This document shows, in pieces, positions 1 through 9,674 of a stretch of DNA of 64,000 bases. A program made the position numbers and the translations under genes. The stretch covers positions 5,049-69,048 of the forward strand of contig CAVJZR010000001.1 in assembly GCA_963654235.1 (NCBI GenBank), given 5' to 3'. The DNA comes from Bacteroidaceae bacterium. Its GTDB lineage: Bacteria > Bacteroidota > Bacteroidia > Bacteroidales > Bacteroidaceae. A model generated the notes under the pieces. The model saw only the letters and a program-made list of their open reading frames with translations. It searched no databases and was not told the DNA's origin. Within the stretch, counting starts at the first letter, position 1. Every line of letters begins with the position of its first letter.

Positions 1-1089
1 GTATTTACCATCGTAAACAACGATGAAAACACCCAAGCCTTCATCAATTATATCCACGTTAAGAACGGCGCCATTAACCAAAGCTTCACTTACGAATATC
101 ATAAGAAGCTCGATGAAACCAACGAAGAACTGCTCAACGAGGCTATTCTAGAGATTCGTGAACGCTTTCAGAGCGACGCCAAAGAGATTATCGTACCTTA
201 TATGCTGCCGTTTAAGATCAAAAACGCCGAATTCTTCGTACCCCAGCGAGGCGATAAGCACCACCTGTTGGAGCTCTCCGAGATGAATGCAAAGCAATAT
301 AAGTTTGACAGGTTGAAGCAAACGGAGAAGCTAAACCCTGAGCAGAAGCAGACAAGGCTGATGAAAGAGCTCCAGACGTTGCTCCATCTAGATCACCTCC
401 CCTACCAGATTGAATGCTTTGACAACTCAAACATCTCAGGCACAGACGCCGTTGCGGGCTGCATTGTATATAAAGGTATGAAACCATCGAGACGCGACTA
501 CCGCAAATACAACATCAAAACAGTCGTCGGACCCGACGATTATGCGTCCATGCAGGAGGTTGTGCGACGCCGATACAGCCGTATGAAGGAAGAAGGCACA
601 CCCCTTCCCGACCTTATCATCACCGATGGCGGCAAGGGACAGATGGACGTGGTCCATGCCGTAGTGGTCAAAGAGCTGCACCTCAACATCCCCATTGCGG
701 GCCTTGCAAAGGATGATCGGCACCGCACCAACCAACTTCTCTTCGGCATGCCGCCCGTCACAGTGACCATCGACGTCAAGAGCGAACTGTTTAAAGTCCT
801 CACACAGATCCAAGACGAGGTGCACCGGTATGCCATCACCTTCCATCGTGACAAGCGATCGAAGCACCAACTGCACAGTGCGCTAGACCAGATACCAGGC
901 ATCGGACCCAAGACTAAAGCCTTGATACTCAAGCATTACAAGAGCATCAAACGTGCACAACAAGCTGATTTACAATCGCTTACAGAATGTTTAGGCAAGA
1001 GCAAAGCCGAGATATTGTACCAATATTGGCACCAAGAAGCCACCGAGGGAGATAGCGAGCAAACCGATAACACCCCCATAGACCTATAA
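1..1089 (+). CDS. uvrC: Excinuclease ABC subunit C (UvrC), C-terminal part; 5' end lies outside the window
   Basis: Frame 1 is open from nt 1 into the listed ORF at 202..1089. The translation (IECFDNSNISGTD..., C-terminal GIGPKT helix-hairpin-helix region) looks like the UvrC endonuclease/HhH half. Confidence 0.88.
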   Translation, partial: VFTIVNNDENTQAFINYIHVKNGAINQSFTYEYHKKLDETNEELLNEAILEIRERFQSDAKEIIVPYMLPFKIKNAEFFVPQRGDKHHLLELSEMNAKQYKFDRLKQTEKLNPEQKQTRLMKELQTLLHLDHLPYQIECFDNSNISGTDAVAGCIVYKGMKPSRRDYRKYNIKTVVGPDDYASMQEVVRRRYSRMKEEGTPLPDLIITDGGKGQMDVVHAVVVKELHLNIPIAGLAKDDRHRTNQLLFGMPPVTVTIDVKSELFKVLTQIQDEVHRYAITFHRDKRSKHQLHSALDQIPGIGPKTKALILKHYKSIKRAQQADLQSLTECLGKSKAEILYQYWHQEATEGDSEQTDNTPIDL

Positions 1090-1159
1090 GCGCAGAGGCA
1101 AAGGGCAGAAACCGCACATAATCTTCGTTATTATCAGAAAATAAAAGTATCTTTGCACT

Positions 1160-1612
1160 ATGAGACTAGTGATACAACGCGTACAGAAAGCCTCCGTGAG
1201 CGTGTCCGGAGAGGTCAAAGGCGCCATAGACAAAGGGCTTCTGATCCTCATCGGTGTGGAAGATGCTGACACCCAAGACGATGCCGACTGGTTGGTGAAA
1301 AAGGTCGTAGGCCTTCGTATCTTTGACGATGAAAACGGCGTAATGAACGAAGATATCCGCCAAACAGGTGGTCAAATCCTTGTTATATCTCAGTTTACGC
1401 TCTTCGCCAGCTACAAGAAAGGCAACCGCCCCTCATGGTTTCGCGCCTCAAAAGGCAGTTATTCAGAGCCCCTATACGAGTATTTCTGCGCCGCTCTGAG
1501 CGATGCTTTGGGGCAAAAAGTGGCTCAGGGCGTCTTCGGAGCCGATATGAAGGTGTCGCTGATCAATGATGGTCCCGTGACCATCTGTATGGATACGAAG
1601 AACAAAGAATAA
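1160..1612 (+). CDS. dtd: D-aminoacyl-tRNA deacylase
   Basis: 150 aa. MRLVIQRV... start, SQFTLFA and GPVT motifs typical of Dtd. Confidence 0.9.
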   Translation: MRLVIQRVQKASVSVSGEVKGAIDKGLLILIGVEDADTQDDADWLVKKVVGLRIFDDENGVMNEDIRQTGGQILVISQFTLFASYKKGNRPSWFRASKGSYSEPLYEYFCAALSDALGQKVAQGVFGADMKVSLINDGPVTICMDTKNKE

Positions 1613-1614
1613 GC

Positions 1615-1938
1615 ATGACCATCCTTGAAGCACAACAACAGGTAGACCAATGGATCAAGACCTATGGCGTGAGATACTTCTCCGAGCTCACCAATATGGC
1701 TTGCCTGACCGAGGAAGTAGGCGAACTGGCACGTGTTATCGCCCGTCAGTATGGCGATCAGAGCTTCAAGGAGGGTGAGAGACCCAACCTTGGCGAAGAA
1801 ATGGCAGACGTGCTTTGGGTGCTTCTGTGCCTAGCCAACCAGACCGGCGTGGACCTAACAGAGGAACTACGCAAGAGTTTTGAGAAGAAAACCAAGCGTG
1901 ACGCCACCCGCCATCTCAGCAACGAGAAGCTCAGATAA
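1615..1938 (+). CDS. MazG-like nucleotide pyrophosphohydrolase
   Basis: 107 aa. EEVGELAR ... EEMADVLW acidic helix pair typical of small MazG-domain proteins. Starts 2 nt after the dtd stop, so probably coupled. Confidence 0.75.
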   Translation: MTILEAQQQVDQWIKTYGVRYFSELTNMACLTEEVGELARVIARQYGDQSFKEGERPNLGEEMADVLWVLLCLANQTGVDLTEELRKSFEKKTKRDATRHLSNEKLR

Positions 1939-2159
1939 GCGCCGAACAAGCCGCAAACGCCTCCCCTACACCACCTAACGCCCCATTCCATCGAACCATA
2001 GGGGTGACATAAAAGGATGAAAACGGTATAACAGAAGAACATGAAGTAGATAATAGAAAGACTATAAATATACTATAGAAGAACGATAAGTACATAATAA
2101 CAGAACGATAAAGGTCTAAAGGAAAAACAACAAATATCTAATAAAACAATCCAAACACA

Positions 2160-3101
2160 ATGGGAACAATCAAAGACACTGTCAATCAAGACATTCAAGC
2201 AGAATACAAACAGCAGAAAAGCAAGTACGAGTTGGCTTTAGAGAAGTACGACACCAACCTCGACGACCAGAAAGTGAGCAACAAGGTGAAAGAGATTATC
2301 GCCACAAAGGTGCATGAGAACGACACCTTAGAGGTCAAGAAGTTTCTCATGGGCAGCGTAGAGCTCACCTCTCTCCACACCACCGACAGCGACGTGAGCA
2401 TCATGCAGTTTACTGAGAACGTCAACCGCTTTGACGATCTGTACGCCGACCTGCCCCACGTAGCCACGATCTGCGTCTATCCATGCTTTGCTGAGACCGT
2501 GAAAGACACCCTAGACGTTGACGGTGTGCGCATTGCTTGCGTATCAGGGTCATTCCCTTCATCCCAAGCCGCTATCGAAGTGAAGGTAGCTGAGACCGCT
2601 CTTGCCGTGCGCGATGGTGCCGACGAGATCGACATCGTGATGCCCGTGGGTAAGTTTCTCACCGGTGATTATGAAGGAATGTGCGACGATATCAACGAAC
2701 TCAAGCAGACTTGTGGCCCCGATGTACCCATGAAGGTCATCCTAGAGACAGGCGACCTCGTTACGGCAAGTAACATCATGAAAGCCAGCATCTTATCTAT
2801 GTATGCTGGTGCCGACTATATCAAGACCTCAACGGGCAAAGAGAAGGTCTCTGCCACACCAGAGGCAGCCTACGTGATGTGCCAAGCCATCAAAGCCTAC
2901 TACGATGAAACCGGCGTACAGATCGGTTTCAAGCCCGCTGGCGGCATCAATACCGTGATGGATGCGGTGATATATTACACCATCGTCAAGGAAGTTTTGG
3001 GCGAGAAATGGCTCACCAACGAGTGGTTCCGCTTGGGTACCAGCCGCCTAGCCAACCTTCTTCTGAGTGAGATAGAAGGCCATGAGGTGAAGTTTTTCTA
3101 A
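2160..3101 (+). CDS. deoC: Deoxyribose-phosphate aldolase (long form)
   Basis: 313 aa. DEIDIVMPVG and the active-site Lys context IKTSTGK match DeoC-family class I aldolases. Confidence 0.85.
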   Translation: MGTIKDTVNQDIQAEYKQQKSKYELALEKYDTNLDDQKVSNKVKEIIATKVHENDTLEVKKFLMGSVELTSLHTTDSDVSIMQFTENVNRFDDLYADLPHVATICVYPCFAETVKDTLDVDGVRIACVSGSFPSSQAAIEVKVAETALAVRDGADEIDIVMPVGKFLTGDYEGMCDDINELKQTCGPDVPMKVILETGDLVTASNIMKASILSMYAGADYIKTSTGKEKVSATPEAAYVMCQAIKAYYDETGVQIGFKPAGGINTVMDAVIYYTIVKEVLGEKWLTNEWFRLGTSRLANLLLSEIEGHEVKFF

Positions 3102-3156
3102 GCAATTAGAAGACCGATAAAAGGCCGAGATTACATTCAATTCCATAAAAAAAGCA

Positions 3157-3198
3157 AAACATTCGCTACTTACCTCACGGTAACGGCGAATGTTTTTT
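3157..3198. terminator. Bidirectional hairpin terminator between convergent deoC and the polyprenyl synthetase gene
   Basis: AACATTCGC (3158-3166) pairs with GCGAATGTT (3186-3194), followed by a T-run. Confidence 0.6.
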
Positions 3199-3225
3199 AA
3201 TTCTATGTTAAAAAAATAAAGTATC

Positions 3226-4203
3226 CTACCATTTCCTCTCGCTCACAAAGTCGAGGTAGAGCGAGAGTGCTTTCTTCACTTCCGGATCTTGAACATACTG
3301 ATCTAGGAAGACGAGACAACGTTGATGGAAGTCGTTCATACGCTTCTCAGCATATTCGATACCGCCGTGACGCTTCGTGAAATCGACCAGTTGTGCGATT
3401 TCCTCCTTCGTCACCGTACCTTGTTTCACCTTTTTAGCCCATTCCATCGCTTGCTCGTCCTGCGTCGACTGCAACGCATAGATCACCGGAAGCGTTAGTT
3501 TTCCTTCCGCCATATCGTTGCCCGTGGGCTTTCCTATCAACTTATTGTCATAATAATCGAAGATATCATCGCGTATCTGGAAGATGATACCAAGGTCCTG
3601 TCCGAACGCTTTCGCCGCCTGTTCCTGCTCCTCATCCGCACCGACGGACAAGGCGCCGATGCCCGCACAAGCCTCAAAGAGCGCTGCTGTCTTGTTCTTG
3701 ATGATCTGATAGTAGACCTCCTCGCTGATAACAAACTGCTGAGTGCTAGACAGTTGTAGTATCTCCCCATCTGAAAGCACCTGTCCTAGACGCGCCAGAC
3801 GCTCCACGATACGCTGGTTCTTCGTGAATGCCACATTCAGCAACGCCGTAGAGAGGATGAAGTCGCCCACCAGCACAGCCACCTTATTGTTATATGTGGC
3901 GTTGACACTGTCCTGACCGCGTCGCTGCTCGGCTTCATCCACCACATCATCGTGCACCAGAGATGCCGTATGAAGCAACTCTAGACCCACCGCAGCGTGC
4001 TGAGTCACCTGTGTGATCTGCCCAAAGTTCTTTGCCATGAGCAAGATCAGCATCGGTCGCATACGCTTACCCGCACGTTGGCGGATGTGATGCAACACCG
4101 TGCCAAGCATACCATCCTGATGGGATAGTTGCTCATCAAAGAGTGCGATGAAATCGTTTAATTCTGAGGCAATGGGTTGCTTAATGAGAGATAAGGTATC
4201 CAT
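3226..4203 (-). CDS. Polyprenyl diphosphate synthase (trans-IPPS family)
   Basis: 325 aa with both Asp-rich motifs (LVHDDVVD and FQIRDDIFDY). Confidence 0.88.
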   Translation of the reverse strand: MDTLSLIKQPIASELNDFIALFDEQLSHQDGMLGTVLHHIRQRAGKRMRPMLILLMAKNFGQITQVTQHAAVGLELLHTASLVHDDVVDEAEQRRGQDSVNATYNNKVAVLVGDFILSTALLNVAFTKNQRIVERLARLGQVLSDGEILQLSSTQQFVISEEVYYQIIKNKTAALFEACAGIGALSVGADEEQEQAAKAFGQDLGIIFQIRDDIFDYYDNKLIGKPTGNDMAEGKLTLPVIYALQSTQDEQAMEWAKKVKQGTVTKEEIAQLVDFTKRHGGIEYAEKRMNDFHQRCLVFLDQYVQDPEVKKALSLYLDFVSERKW

Positions 4204-4292
4204 GGATGTCCGATATTTGATACAAAATTACGTAAACTTTCGGATAAAGTATTATTTTTTTTGTACTTTTACACTTAAAAATCGTTACGCAC

Positions 4293-7055
4293 ATGTCCAA
4301 ACTTCTACTCATCGATGCATACGCACTGATCTTCCGATCCTACTATGCCTTGATCCGCTCACCCCGAATCAACTCCAAGGGGCAGAACACCTCTGCCGTG
4401 ATGGGGTTCTGTAACACCTTGCAGGAAGTGCTCCGCACGATGAATCCCACCCATGTAGGTGTGGCGTTCGACCACGGCAAGACCTTCCGTCATGAGGCAT
4501 TCCCCGCCTATAAGGCACAGCGCGACGCCACTCCGGAGGATATCAAAGCCTCCGTACCTATCATTCAGAATATCCTCTCAGCTCTACATATACCCATCTA
4601 TCAGATCGATGGATTCGAGGCAGATGACATCATCGGCACCCTTGCCACCCAAGCCGGCGCGCAGGGCATCGACACCTTCATGCTCACACCCGACAAGGAC
4701 TACGCCCAACTGGTGGGTCCGCATGTGTATATGTACAAGCCAGGCTTCCGCGGAGGCTATGACACCTTAGGCGAGGCAGAGGTCACGGCTAAGTATGGCA
4801 TCGCGTCCACGGCTCAGGTCATTGACCTCCTTGCCCTCATGGGCGACTCGTCAGACAATTACCCCGGCTGTCCGGGCGTGGGAGAGAAGACCGCCGTCAA
4901 ACTGATCAACACCTATGGCAGCGTGGAAGGACTCCTCGCCCACACCACCGAGCTCAAAGGTAAGATGCGCGAGAAGGTGGAGACGGCTGCGGACGATATC
5001 CGGATGTCCTACTACCTTGCCACCATCCGTCGCGATGTACCCGTTGAGCTCAACCTCGATGAGATGCAACGCACCGAGCCCGATGCCGACCAACTGCGTT
5101 CACTGTTCGCCGAACTCGAGTTTAAAACGCTCTTGAGCAAGTTTGTTAACAACCCTGAAAAACCCAAAAAACTTGCTAATACCGAGCCCGACCTCTTCTC
5201 ACAATTCATTGACGAGAACCAAGAAACGCCAAAAACGTCAAGTTTTGAGACGCTTTCTACCACCCCACACACCTACCATCTCGTTGTGTCAGAGGAAGAT
5301 AAGCGTCGCCTTTGTGATTTTTTATTGACAAAGCAAATCCTTTCTTTAGACACAGAGACCACTTCTACGCACCCGATGGACGCCGAACTGGTGGGTTTGA
5401 GCTTCGCCGTGAGCGAACATGAGGCGTGGTACGTGCCCGTGAGCGCCAATCGTGAAGAAGCCTTAAAAACTGTTGCGATATTCAAACCAGCCTACGAGAG
5501 CACTGCCATCCTCAAGGTGGGGCAGAATATCAAGTATGACATCGAGGTGCTAAGCCAATATGATGTGCAGGTGAGCGGCACCCTGTTTGACACGATGCTC
5601 GCCCATTACATCATCCAACCCGAGCTCCATCACAACATGGACTACCTCGCTGAGGTGTACCTCGGCTATCAGACGGTGCACATCGACGAGCTGATTGGTC
5701 CGAAGGGAAAGCAGCAACGCTCCATGCGCGACTTGTCACCCGAGGCGGTGTACGAATACGCGTGCGAGGACGCCGACATCACCTTGCAACTATACCATTG
5801 CCTGCTACCCAAACTGAAAGAGGTCAATGGCGAAGACCTTTTTTGGAAAATAGAGATGCCCCTCGTCCCCGTGTTGGTGGATATGGAGCGCAGTGGCGTA
5901 CGACTAGATACGAACGCGCTGAAGGATACCTCTGCCGGCTTCACCCGACGGCTAAAGGAATACGAACAGATGATCTACGAAGAGGCGGGCGAGACGTTTA
6001 ACATCTCTAGCCCGAAGCAGGTGGGTGAGATCCTCTTCGGGAAGATGCACCTTGTGGACAAACCCAAGAAGACCCGCACGGGACAGTATGTCACCAGCGA
6101 GGAGGTGCTCCAGTCGCTCAGCGCCGCCCACCCCATCGTGGCGCATATCCTTGCTTACCGCGGACTGAAGAAGCTCCTATCCACATACATCGACGCCCTA
6201 CCCCGTCTGATCAATCCCCGCACAGGACATATCCACACATCGTTCAACCAAGCCGTGACTGCCACGGGGCGTCTCTCATCGAGCGATCCCAACCTGCAGA
6301 ATATCCCTGTGCGCGACGATGATGGCAAGGAGATCCGCCGTTGCTTCATCCCCGATGAAGGCCAACTGTTCTTCTCGGCTGATTATTCGCAGATAGAGCT
6401 CCGTATCATGGCGCATCTCAGTGGTGACGAGAACATGATTGAGGCGTTCCGTGAGGGCATCGATATCCACCGCGCCACGGCTGCGAAGATATGGAAAGTG
6501 GGGCTCGATGAGGTCACGGACGCCCAGCGAAAGAAAGCCAAACAAGCCAACTTCGGTATCATCTACGGCATCACGACATATGGTCTAGCCCAGCGCATGG
6601 GCATCCCCAACGGTGAGGCGCGCGCGTTGATAGACGATTATTTTGCCACCTTCCCCAAGGTGAAAGCCTATATGGAACAGGCCAAGGAAGAGGCTCGCCA
6701 GCACGGATATGCCACCACGCTGTTCGGGCGCCGCAGATATCTACCTGACATCCAGTCGCGCAACGCTACCGTGCGTGGATTTGCGGAGCGCAATGCCATC
6801 AACGCACCTATCCAGGGGTCAGAAGCTGACATCATCAAGGTGGCAATGATACGCATCCATCAGCGTTTCCAGACCGAAGGCATCCAGTCGAAGATGATTC
6901 TTCAGGTGCATGACGAGCTCAATTTCTCGGTACTCCCCGATGAGAAAGAACAGGTTCAACGCATCGTAACCGAAGAGATGCAAGCCGCCTACCAGCTCTC
7001 CGTACCCCTCCTAGCAGATGCCGGATGGGGGCACAACTGGCTCGAAGCGCATTAA
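4293..7055 (+). CDS. polA: DNA polymerase I
   Basis: 920 aa. 5'-nuclease N-terminus, 3'-5' exonuclease region (LSLDTETTS) and family A polymerase motifs (DYSQIELR, QVHDEL). Confidence 0.96.
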   Translation: MSKLLLIDAYALIFRSYYALIRSPRINSKGQNTSAVMGFCNTLQEVLRTMNPTHVGVAFDHGKTFRHEAFPAYKAQRDATPEDIKASVPIIQNILSALHIPIYQIDGFEADDIIGTLATQAGAQGIDTFMLTPDKDYAQLVGPHVYMYKPGFRGGYDTLGEAEVTAKYGIASTAQVIDLLALMGDSSDNYPGCPGVGEKTAVKLINTYGSVEGLLAHTTELKGKMREKVETAADDIRMSYYLATIRRDVPVELNLDEMQRTEPDADQLRSLFAELEFKTLLSKFVNNPEKPKKLANTEPDLFSQFIDENQETPKTSSFETLSTTPHTYHLVVSEEDKRRLCDFLLTKQILSLDTETTSTHPMDAELVGLSFAVSEHEAWYVPVSANREEALKTVAIFKPAYESTAILKVGQNIKYDIEVLSQYDVQVSGTLFDTMLAHYIIQPELHHNMDYLAEVYLGYQTVHIDELIGPKGKQQRSMRDLSPEAVYEYACEDADITLQLYHCLLPKLKEVNGEDLFWKIEMPLVPVLVDMERSGVRLDTNALKDTSAGFTRRLKEYEQMIYEEAGETFNISSPKQVGEILFGKMHLVDKPKKTRTGQYVTSEEVLQSLSAAHPIVAHILAYRGLKKLLSTYIDALPRLINPRTGHIHTSFNQAVTATGRLSSSDPNLQNIPVRDDDGKEIRRCFIPDEGQLFFSADYSQIELRIMAHLSGDENMIEAFREGIDIHRATAAKIWKVGLDEVTDAQRKKAKQANFGIIYGITTYGLAQRMGIPNGEARALIDDYFATFPKVKAYMEQAKEEARQHGYATTLFGRRRYLPDIQSRNATVRGFAERNAINAPIQGSEADIIKVAMIRIHQRFQTEGIQSKMILQVHDELNFSVLPDEKEQVQRIVTEEMQAAYQLSVPLLADAGWGHNWLEAH

Positions 7056-7056
7056 C

Positions 7057-7117
7057 GGGGTCACAGACCCTATAGATTCCAAGCGATGCGAAGCAAGACT
7101 AAAGGGGCTGTGCCCCC
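7057..7117. repeat. REP-like imperfect palindromic element just after the polA stop
   Basis: GGGGTCACAGACCCTATAG (7057-7075) faces AGACTAAAGGGGCTGTGCCCC (7096-7117). The unit is related to the tandem units at 22391-22446. Confidence 0.6.
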
Positions 7118-7193
7118 AAGGGTAAGTAAAAACTTTTATTAACAATCTGCCAAAAAACTTGGCATTATAAGAGGTTTTACTTACCTTTGCGTT

Positions 7194-8909
7194 ATGAAAT
7201 GGTACCGTTTTAGTCTAATATTACTTACAATATTTATTGTCAGTCCTTTGAGCGTATCCGGCGCAAAGGATCCTAAAACGACGCAGCTATATAAGCTTTG
7301 GAAGTCAGTACCCAGCGAGAAGCTAGAGAAGATAGCATGGGACTGCGAGATGAGCTACCACACCGATAGCGCTGTGACCGCTTATTCCATCCTCTCCAAC
7401 CGTTACAACATCGACAACGGCCATTGTCCGACCAACCATATCGCCACACATGCCATGCGTCGCCTGGGCTACCTCTACCAGTACGTGTTGTTCGATTACA
7501 GTTTGGCATACCTCAACCTGCAGAAGTGTCTCGACATCTCTGAGGCCGAAAACTATAAGGACAACATCCCCTATATCTATCTCCATTTTGCCAATATCGC
7601 CTATAACGACAGCCAGACTGCCATCAACGGCAACCCCTTTGAGAAGGCAATGCCCCTCTACCGCAAGGCGCTAGATGCTGCTGCAGATATCCGTCGTTGG
7701 GATATGTACCTCAACATCATGGGCAACGTGTTCACCATGGCGTTCGATTGCCGTCATGACGAACACGTCCAAGAGCTCAAGAAGCTGTTCTATCGCAGCG
7801 ATATAGACACCTCCACCCCGCTCTATCGCCATATGCATGCCGTGCTAGAAGCGCTTATCGCCACACATGAGGGGCGATATGAAGAAGCTTTGTCGTCACT
7901 GACCACGGCTGAAGAGGTCACAAAGCAGCTCTCGCGCCCACAATACTACGCCATGCGCACGCTGCGCCATCGGGCTGTGGTATATGCCGATATGCACCGA
8001 TATGACAAGGCGCAGCGATGCTTGCAGGAGCGGTTAAACCTTGCGCAACGCTATCATATAGAGGATGTACGCGTACAGACCTACCGCCTCATAGCCTCCG
8101 TGTTCTACCTACAGGGTGATAGCGCCACAGGTATGCGCTGGCAGATGACCTATTATCAGCAGAAAGACACCTTCCTCCGCAGCAGCCACCTGTTGCGTGT
8201 GGACCGCTTACAGTTTAGCGATATGCTAGCCAAAGCCAACCGCGAGAAGAACGAGCTGGCTCACCGCCACCAGCTAGAGGTTATCGCACTGGGTATCAAC
8301 TACTTCGTCCTAGCCCTCTTGGTGCTGCTTATCGTGTTGCTGACGATAAGCTATCGCAAAGTGCGGCAGAAGAACAAGGCGCTATATGCTAGCACCCAGA
8401 AGATTCTGCAACGTGAGGAGAGCTCCAAGCGCGAGCGCGATAAGATGAACAGGATCCTTGCGGCAGAGAATGAGGAAAACCTTCCCGACCCCACAACGGT
8501 GGTGGAAGATGTACATGCAGATGAGGACCGAAAGTATAAGACCTCAACCCTCACTGACCCTGACAAACTGCGGATCTATAACAGTCTGATTGATGTGATG
8601 AACCACTCGGTGGAGATCTTCTCACCCGACTTCACCATCCATCAGCTAGCCGAGCTCACGGGCATCTCTTCACGCAGCCTGTCTCAGGTGATCAACGAGC
8701 GCTGCGGCTACACCTTCAAGACCCTTCTCACACGCTACCGCATCCGTGAGGCATGCCACCGCTTAGGTGATGCAGACCACTACGGACACCTCTCCATTGA
8801 GGGTATTGCTGATAGCGTTGGCTTCAAGTCGCGCTCCAGCTTTGTTCAGGCGTTCAAGAGAGAGACTGGGCTCTCACCTTCAGATTATCAGAAAGAGGCC
8901 CGCAAATAG
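7194..8909 (+). CDS. Membrane-anchored transcriptional regulator: signal peptide, TPR-like region, one TM helix, C-terminal AraC-type HTH
   Basis: 571 aa. N-terminal hydrophobic signal, TM segment INYFVLALLVLLIVLLTISY, and a C-terminal AraC/XylS-like HTH (SIEGIADSVGFKSRSSFVQAFKRETGLSPSDY). The TAccTTTG box at 7180-7187 is only 6 nt from the ATG, so the mRNA is probably leaderless. Confidence 0.75.
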   Translation: MKWYRFSLILLTIFIVSPLSVSGAKDPKTTQLYKLWKSVPSEKLEKIAWDCEMSYHTDSAVTAYSILSNRYNIDNGHCPTNHIATHAMRRLGYLYQYVLFDYSLAYLNLQKCLDISEAENYKDNIPYIYLHFANIAYNDSQTAINGNPFEKAMPLYRKALDAAADIRRWDMYLNIMGNVFTMAFDCRHDEHVQELKKLFYRSDIDTSTPLYRHMHAVLEALIATHEGRYEEALSSLTTAEEVTKQLSRPQYYAMRTLRHRAVVYADMHRYDKAQRCLQERLNLAQRYHIEDVRVQTYRLIASVFYLQGDSATGMRWQMTYYQQKDTFLRSSHLLRVDRLQFSDMLAKANREKNELAHRHQLEVIALGINYFVLALLVLLIVLLTISYRKVRQKNKALYASTQKILQREESSKRERDKMNRILAAENEENLPDPTTVVEDVHADEDRKYKTSTLTDPDKLRIYNSLIDVMNHSVEIFSPDFTIHQLAELTGISSRSLSQVINERCGYTFKTLLTRYRIREACHRLGDADHYGHLSIEGIADSVGFKSRSSFVQAFKRETGLSPSDYQKEARK

Positions 8910-9029
8910 TTACGGATTATCGTATTTTAACGCGCTACATATATCCACTTAGTATCCTTTCACGTTAAAACACAATAAAAAGATAGATTTTCTTGTTTCA
9001 TTGATAATGATTCCTTACCTTTGCAGCAG

Positions 9030-9170
9030 ATGATTGGTAAGCGAACCAATACTATTACATTTAAGTATCATTTCATAATCAAATATTCATATGTCCGAGG
9101 AGGACATCGACTTACTTACCTATAAAGTTATACAGCAGGAGTTGCCGAGATGGCATTCTCCTGCTTTTTT
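9030..9170 (+). ncRNA. Candidate small RNA, unit A (own promoter and rho-independent terminator); family unknown
   Basis: TAccTTTG box at 9016-9023. Hairpin ATGTCC/GGACAT at 9091-9107. Terminator AGCAGGAG...CTCCTGCT plus T6 at 9134-9170. Paralogous to unit B. The 5' end is an estimate. Confidence 0.45.
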
Positions 9171-9634
9171 CATGTCATGTCTCACCCCTTGATTGACACA
9201 AAACCCTTACCAGACACCCCTAAAACCGCCAAAACAGGCATTGAAGCGGCTTTTTCGCCACTTGAAGCAGCCTTTTTCGGCATTGAAGCGTTTCACCACT
9301 TTGTCGCAATCATCCACAAGAGGTGTCACAATATCCTTTCCAGCTGTCACAAATGCCTCACACGCGCATCACAACAGCCATAGACAGCTAACCCTTTCAG
9401 CCACCCACAAACCGCGCCACAACGCGTCTTCAAGCCCGGAAACGTCCTATTCTTGTCACAAAACGTGTCACCATTTGAGCAAAGCGGCACGTCTCATCTT
9501 CCAAAGAAAAGCGACACCAACGACAAAAAGCATTGTGTCCTAATGCGAAAATATCATGAAAAGCAACTTAGAACACGTTAAAATATTACGATTTGTGTGT
9601 CTTTACACGTTAAAACACATAAATACGGCGGCTA

Positions 9635-9643
9635 CCCCCCCCC
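9635..9643. repeat. C9 homopolymer tract inside the promoter region of sRNA-like unit B
   Basis: Read directly: nine consecutive C between the CACGTTAAAACACA box (9606-9619) and the -7 box (9661-9668). Confidence 0.9.
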
Positions 9644-9674
9644 ATTTCGTTATATTTTATTACTTTTGCTGCAG

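Noticed and set aside
4148-4414. 88-aa plus-strand ORF spanning the ispB-like/polA divergent region
   Set aside because: It overlaps the start of the polyprenyl synthetase gene in antisense and the polA start out of frame. It has no motif.
9150-9543. Two overlapping plus-strand ORFs (77 and 116 aa) in the spacer between the sRNA-like units
   Set aside because: Both are low-complexity His/Thr/Pro/Lys-rich translations. Two frames are open at once because the composition is G-poor and stop-poor. There is no promoter-proximal start and no recognisable motif. I treat the region as non-coding.
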